From contig NW_005434650.1 in assembly GCF_000315625.1 (NCBI RefSeq), positions 504,873 through 568,872 of the forward strand: a DNA stretch of 64,000 bases. The letters are read 5' to 3'. Source of the DNA: Guillardia theta CCMP2712 (taxonomy: Eukaryota; Protista; Cryptophyta). Under the pieces are notes generated by a model, which ran no database searches, was not told where the DNA came from, and saw only the letters and a program-made list of their open reading frames with translations. This document shows, one piece after another, positions 59,101 to 64,000 of the stretch; the stretch's first letter is position 1, and every line of letters begins with the position of its first letter. A program made the translations under genes and the position numbers.

Positions 59101-61823
59101 ATGGAGCCAGAACCACCTAAAGCGGGAGGGAGCGAGGATTCGGCGCCTACCGATGTCATCTGCAAGCACTTAGATGAGAAGAGTCGTTCGTTGTTCATAC
59201 AGTTTCTGCAAACATTGGAGGCAGAAGACAAGCAGGGGAAAGGGAAGCTTGAAAAGGCTGTGGTTCTTGAGAACCTCGGCACTCTGAAAGAATTGAATGT
59301 CTCCCCAGAAAACACAAAACTGGCGACAGACGTGTCCTACACTCTTGGCAAGAATGACAGCTTGAACTATCGGCTCTTCGTGTCGAAACTCTCGGAGCTC
59401 GTGTTCCAAGACTTGGAATCCAGCAACATTGCGAGGGCCAAGACAGAGCTGAGGAGCATGAGAAATACTATCCTGGCCTCTACTGAAGGGAACTCGAGCA
59501 GTGAGATGATCACGGCGGCAACGTTGAGGACGATCCTCTCCTCGGACCCCATAAAGTTGGACCAGCCTCTGGTGGATTCCGTTCTTCGCCATTGTAACTT
59601 GCAGCAAGACACCGATGCTATCTACCTCCTCTACTTTTTGAGGATCTTCTGCCCGCTCCTCGATCAAAGTCTGTTTGCAAAGATCAACGCGAAGCTGGTC
59701 GAGAAGTATCAATCTCTGTCGACTGCGTTCTCCTCTCTGTCGAAGCAGAAGGGCAAGATCACATTGAATCAGCTGAAGACATTGCTCTTCGACCTTGATC
59801 TCGGGTTGAAGGATTCGGAGATATCGGAGCTTATCAGCCTTGCAGACTCAGATGGGAGCGGCGGGATTGAGCTGGACGAGTTCAATGTGATCTTTGGGTT
59901 GAGCGAGAAGCAAGCAAAGCAGCGACAGGAGAACTTCGACAAGCTGACCAGGAGCATGACCCAGTCCATGAGGAGCGCGAACCAGAAGGTGAACGAGAAG
60001 TTTGCGGCTTACTTGAAGGAGAATCAAGAGAGCGTTCAGCAAGCTCTTCGCGCCAAGGACGAAGAGCAGACAGGGCGGCTGAAAGTCCAAGACTTCAGAG
60101 ATGTTGTCCTGGAACTACCTGGAAGGCCCGTGCAAGCCTTTGAAGTAGATAAGATCATCGCCTTTGTAAGTTCCTACTTGATTCATGCCCTTCCCCTTCG
60201 CTGTCCCCTCGCTCCTGCCCCTGCTCCTCTTTCTTGTTATCAGTTTCTCAAGTTATCAAACAAGGCAAACGAAAACGACAAGGAACAGATCAACTATGAC
60301 CTGCTGGTCCATTGGTTCTTGTCGTCTCTTTCTCAAGCGACTTCTGTAGCGGAAGCTCAGGTGTGTAAGATGTCACGTTGGTGACAAGTTTTGACGTCCA
60401 GTACAGAATGAGATTGTGGCGAGCCTGAAGCTGCGGTATTCTACTCTCATGGATGCCTTCTCGGCGTTTGATCAAGAAGCAAACAACGGGAAAACTAAGA
60501 GACGGCGAGTTTGATCTCTGTGTGAAGATTTCGACATTAACATTCATGATGGCAGCCTGACGGTCATGCAACTCTCAAGATCTCTCAACTCGATCAGGCT
60601 GTGCCTTTCAGGAACGATCCTAGCGAAGGTGAAGTAGCTGCCAACTCCCTCCTCGCCACCGACGTGAAGTCCTTCCCTGTAGTTGATCAAGATGGCGGAT
60701 TCCGATGGTGATGGATGGGTGAACTATGCTGGTCGACTATCGCTCGAGTCTGCTGCTCCTGTTTGTTTATCGGTGTGGCAGATTTCTTGAACCTGCTGGG
60801 AGAAGAAGGATCGACGATGAGATCGGCTGTCAACGAGCCCAGCTCGCCGTCAAGTTTGACTACCCAGCCGGGTTTGACTCGTTCTGATGGCTTGCGCGCA
60901 GAGGCGGAGATCAAAGATATGAGGTTGAGAGAAGAATCGGGAGAGTTGAAGACTGTCGAATGGAGCGACGCGCTGGAGCAAGAGATCAGAATGGTGCTTC
61001 GGCTGATGTAAGATGGAAAGGGTTGACATCTGTTGCCTCCCTAGGTATTGAAAGGGAAGTTTGACACCATGAACAACGCTTTCCGGACGTTTGACAAGGT
61101 GGGGTCAAAGCGTTTTTGACTAGCTATCGTCCAGCTGATCGGACGAAACCGACAGGACAACGACGGGAAAGTGTCGAGAGAGGAGATGCGAGAAGGGCTC
61201 TCGAAGCTGAACTTGGGCCTCAACAAGGCGCAGATGTGAGGAGGGGAAGAGTAGAGGAGACGCTGCTGACGCTGTTGTCAAGAAACGCCATGATAAAGAG
61301 GGCTGATGCGGACGGCAGCGGAGAGATCGACTACAATGAATTCAGGTGGATTATGCACATGAGAATGAGAGGCCCCGGCTATGTGCAGCAAGAGCGTCTT
61401 ACTGATGGCGAGGAGGAGGAGGAGGGGTTAGCTCGACTGCAGGCACATCTTTGAGGTCGGCAAGGTAGCGGATGCGAAGAGAGACGAGGCGAGGAAGGAG
61501 GCGGAGAAGAAGGAGGAGAAGGAGAAGGAGAAGGTACGCCCGGTGGGAGTGCCCGGGAGCACGTGGCTGAGTTGTTGTTCCTTCCGATTCTGCAGCCTCG
61601 TCGCGGTGAACTTCCAGCGGCTAAACAGATTCCGGACGAGGAGGTAGCGAGGGCTCGCTGTGGAGCTGCTGTCATGAAGTCTTATCCTCCTCCAGCTCCC
61701 TCCCGTCTCCGAGGAGGCCGAGAGGTTCTTGTGGTCCTCGTTGCAGGTGATTGTTGTTCTGGCCGTGGGTTGATAAGGAGGAGGGTGAAGCGAAGGAATG
61801 TTGTCGTTGCCGATGTCGTTGTA

Positions 61824-61863
<40 letters not shown>

Positions 61864-62261
61864 ATTATGTAGCTTTTGTTGTAGTTGTTGTTGTAGCTGT
61901 GTTGAACATCGTATACAGAACAGATTCGACACCATACTTGGAGCATTCTATTTCCTCAAGGGAAGGAAGGTAGAGATCAGAGAGAGGAGGTTTCACATCG
62001 CAAGAGACACCAACAAACATGCAGGACGGCAAGCACGCGGACGTCATCTCAGAGACGGAATTCGTTTCTGGGCTTTTCAGGTCTGAGAGTTCGGTCCAGT
62101 CGTTTCAACTCGGGGGGGTGAAAGAATCGCTTGCAGGCTTGAATTGACTGAGAGGATCAAAGACACGGAGCAGGAGGAGGAGATCAACGAGATCTTTCAG
62201 CTTGTATTGCGACTTGTCCCTTCCCTTCCTGCCCTGAAAGTCTCCCAATCATCAGCATCAG

Positions 62262-62301
<40 letters not shown>

Positions 62302-64000
62302 TCTCTGTCTTCACTTTCCTGCTTTCTCACGTTGCAACACAGGCGGATGTCCTCACAAGAGCGCAGAAGAAAGAAATCCTAATGCAGAGCAGGTTGTCTT
62401 CCTTTCTTCTCCGATCCTCCTTCCTCGTCGTCTCTTCCCGTCGTCTCTCCTCCTCCTCCTCCTCCTCCTGCTATTCCTCCTGCTATTCCTCTTCACCTTC
62501 CTCTTCCCCTTCCTCGTTCTCACAGCTCCACAGGAACTACACGGAGGAAGCAGCCAGAAAATTCCTCCTCAAGTTCGCTCCTGACGACCAGCGCATCCTC
62601 GATGCCCCTCAACGAACGAGCAGCCAGAGCGCAGTGAAGGAGAGCTTCTTCCGGTCAGTTGCTCCATTCTCCTCCTCCCCCCTCCTCCTCCCTCCTCCCT
62701 GCCTTTCCTTCTACTCGTTCCTCCTCTCTCCCTATCCTCCCTCCCCCTCTTCCACCTCCTTGCCTCACTCTCTTCTTCACGCAGAAACCATCAGGCAATC
62801 GCCATGTTCCGGGCGTACAACGAGAGCAAGAGCGGGTGGCTGACGCAGGGAGAATTCGTGAACGCACAATCGAGATGGTCGAGCTCGCATGTCGAGGATG
62901 TCCCTCGTAGGACTGACCCAGCAAGCAGCCAAGCTGAACCCTCCTTCCCACTTAGAAGGTTTCCTGCTCCCTGCTCTACCGCCTCCCTCCCCTTCCTCTT
63001 CCTCTTCAGTTTGAACCTCCCTCCTCTTTGTTTCCTGCTTCTATTTCAGCGTCCCTATTCTTTCTCCCTTCTCTTTCCTCCCTCATCCTCTCCTCACGTC
63101 CCTGTAATGTGCCCCCCATCCCCCATCCCCCCTTCATTCTGCTAGCTGCCTCCTACAGCTCCTCTCCTCTTCCACTTTCTTCCCATTGCTCCTCCTCCTC
63201 CTTCTGACCAGACTCGAACTCGCCTCCAGGAAGGACTCACTGAAGAGAACCTCCTCTGCCTCCCCCATCCCCTCCTCCTCCTCTGCCCCTCGCACCCGGA
63301 CGGTCAAGCCCTTTCTAAGGAAGACCGACCCCTTTGCCTCCCTCAAGCCCCAGCAGCAGCCCAGCAGGACGGCAGACAACCTCTTCATGGACCTTCACTC
63401 CAGCTCGGCAGCGTCGCGGGAGCACGCGAGGAAGGAAGAGATCGCCATGCTCAACAACAAGCTCGCCACCATCCGCTCCCTCGAGGAGAAGCTCCGCATG
63501 CGGCAGAAGGAGGTAGGAGGAGCCCAGCTCCATGTCGAGCTGAGAAGAACTGCAGGTGGAGCTCAAGGGGTCGAACCTGGAGCTGCACGAGGCGTCGCTG
63601 GCGAAGAGGGAGGCGGCGCTGCTGGAGAGGGAGAGGAGGCTGGAGGAGGCGACAGATCAGCTGCGGGCCCAGCACGTGGAGGTGGAGGAGGAGGAGCTTG
63701 AGGGCGAGGAGGATGATGGAACTGCTGGTGCAGGTTGAGAGCATGAAGCAGGAGCTGGCAAAACAGATGAAAGAGGTGGACTAAGAACCCCATGCTCCTC
63801 CCCTCCCACCCTCCTCCCACCCCCCACCCCCCTTCCTTACTCCCGTCGCTTCCTCCCTCCTTATCGCCTCCCCTTCTTCCCATTGCCTTCCCCCCTCCTT
63901 CTCCTCTTATGCCTCGTGCAGCTCCAAGGTTCGACCCCTTTGAGCTCAAACCTGCAGTTCTTCTCAGCTTAGAACATGGAGCTGGGCTCATCCTAACTTC
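59101..64000 (+). CDS. Large multi-EF-hand calcium-binding protein with C-terminal coiled coil; probably 3'-partial
   Basis: EF loops 'DSDGSGGIELDEF', 'DSDGDGWVNYADF', 'DKDNDGKVSREEM', 'DADGSGEIDYNEF', 'NESKSGWLTQGEF'. Coiled-coil exons after 63.4 kb, which could belong to a second gene. Confidence 0.8.

Overview
Intron-rich eukaryotic nuclear DNA, gene-dense (about 22 genes), with two 100-N assembly gaps. Most introns are short (about 45-60 nt, often with a CTGAC branch point), and some are inflated by microsatellites. These features plus a bipartite signal + 'AF' plastid-targeting peptide suggest a secondary-plastid alga, most likely a cryptophyte (inference). Genes I could reconstruct by splicing by eye: a 5'-truncated Crinkler/CR-type NTPase+nuclease, a double-YccF membrane protein, a secreted RCC1-repeat/Cys-rich protein, an intronless secreted DNRLRE-like protein, a fatty-acid-desaturase-family protein, an ATAD2/Yta7 AAA+ ATPase, tubulin cofactor B, a long coiled-coil protein, organellar IF-3, an N-domain-only plastid trigger factor, VPS37, an Orai-like channel, a steroid 5-alpha-reductase, a signal-peptide ankyrin protein, a divergent four-domain cation channel, a DUF4214-like+SPRY protein, a UBA-like protein, MPC2 and a large multi-EF-hand protein. 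The most unusual items are: (1) an ATAD2 with an extra N-terminal bromodomain and a Tudor-like module inserted in its own bromodomain; (2) a 4x6TM channel with a degenerate filter and a PH-like II-III linker; (3) a DNRLRE-like domain splitting a Cys-rich repeat; (4) a recurrent GC-palindrome / GGGGTGGGG architecture upstream of genes; (5) a small inverted-repeat element near 6.1-6.4 kb. No rRNA, tRNA or CRISPR array was recognised. All domain calls are from motif recognition; no database searches were run.
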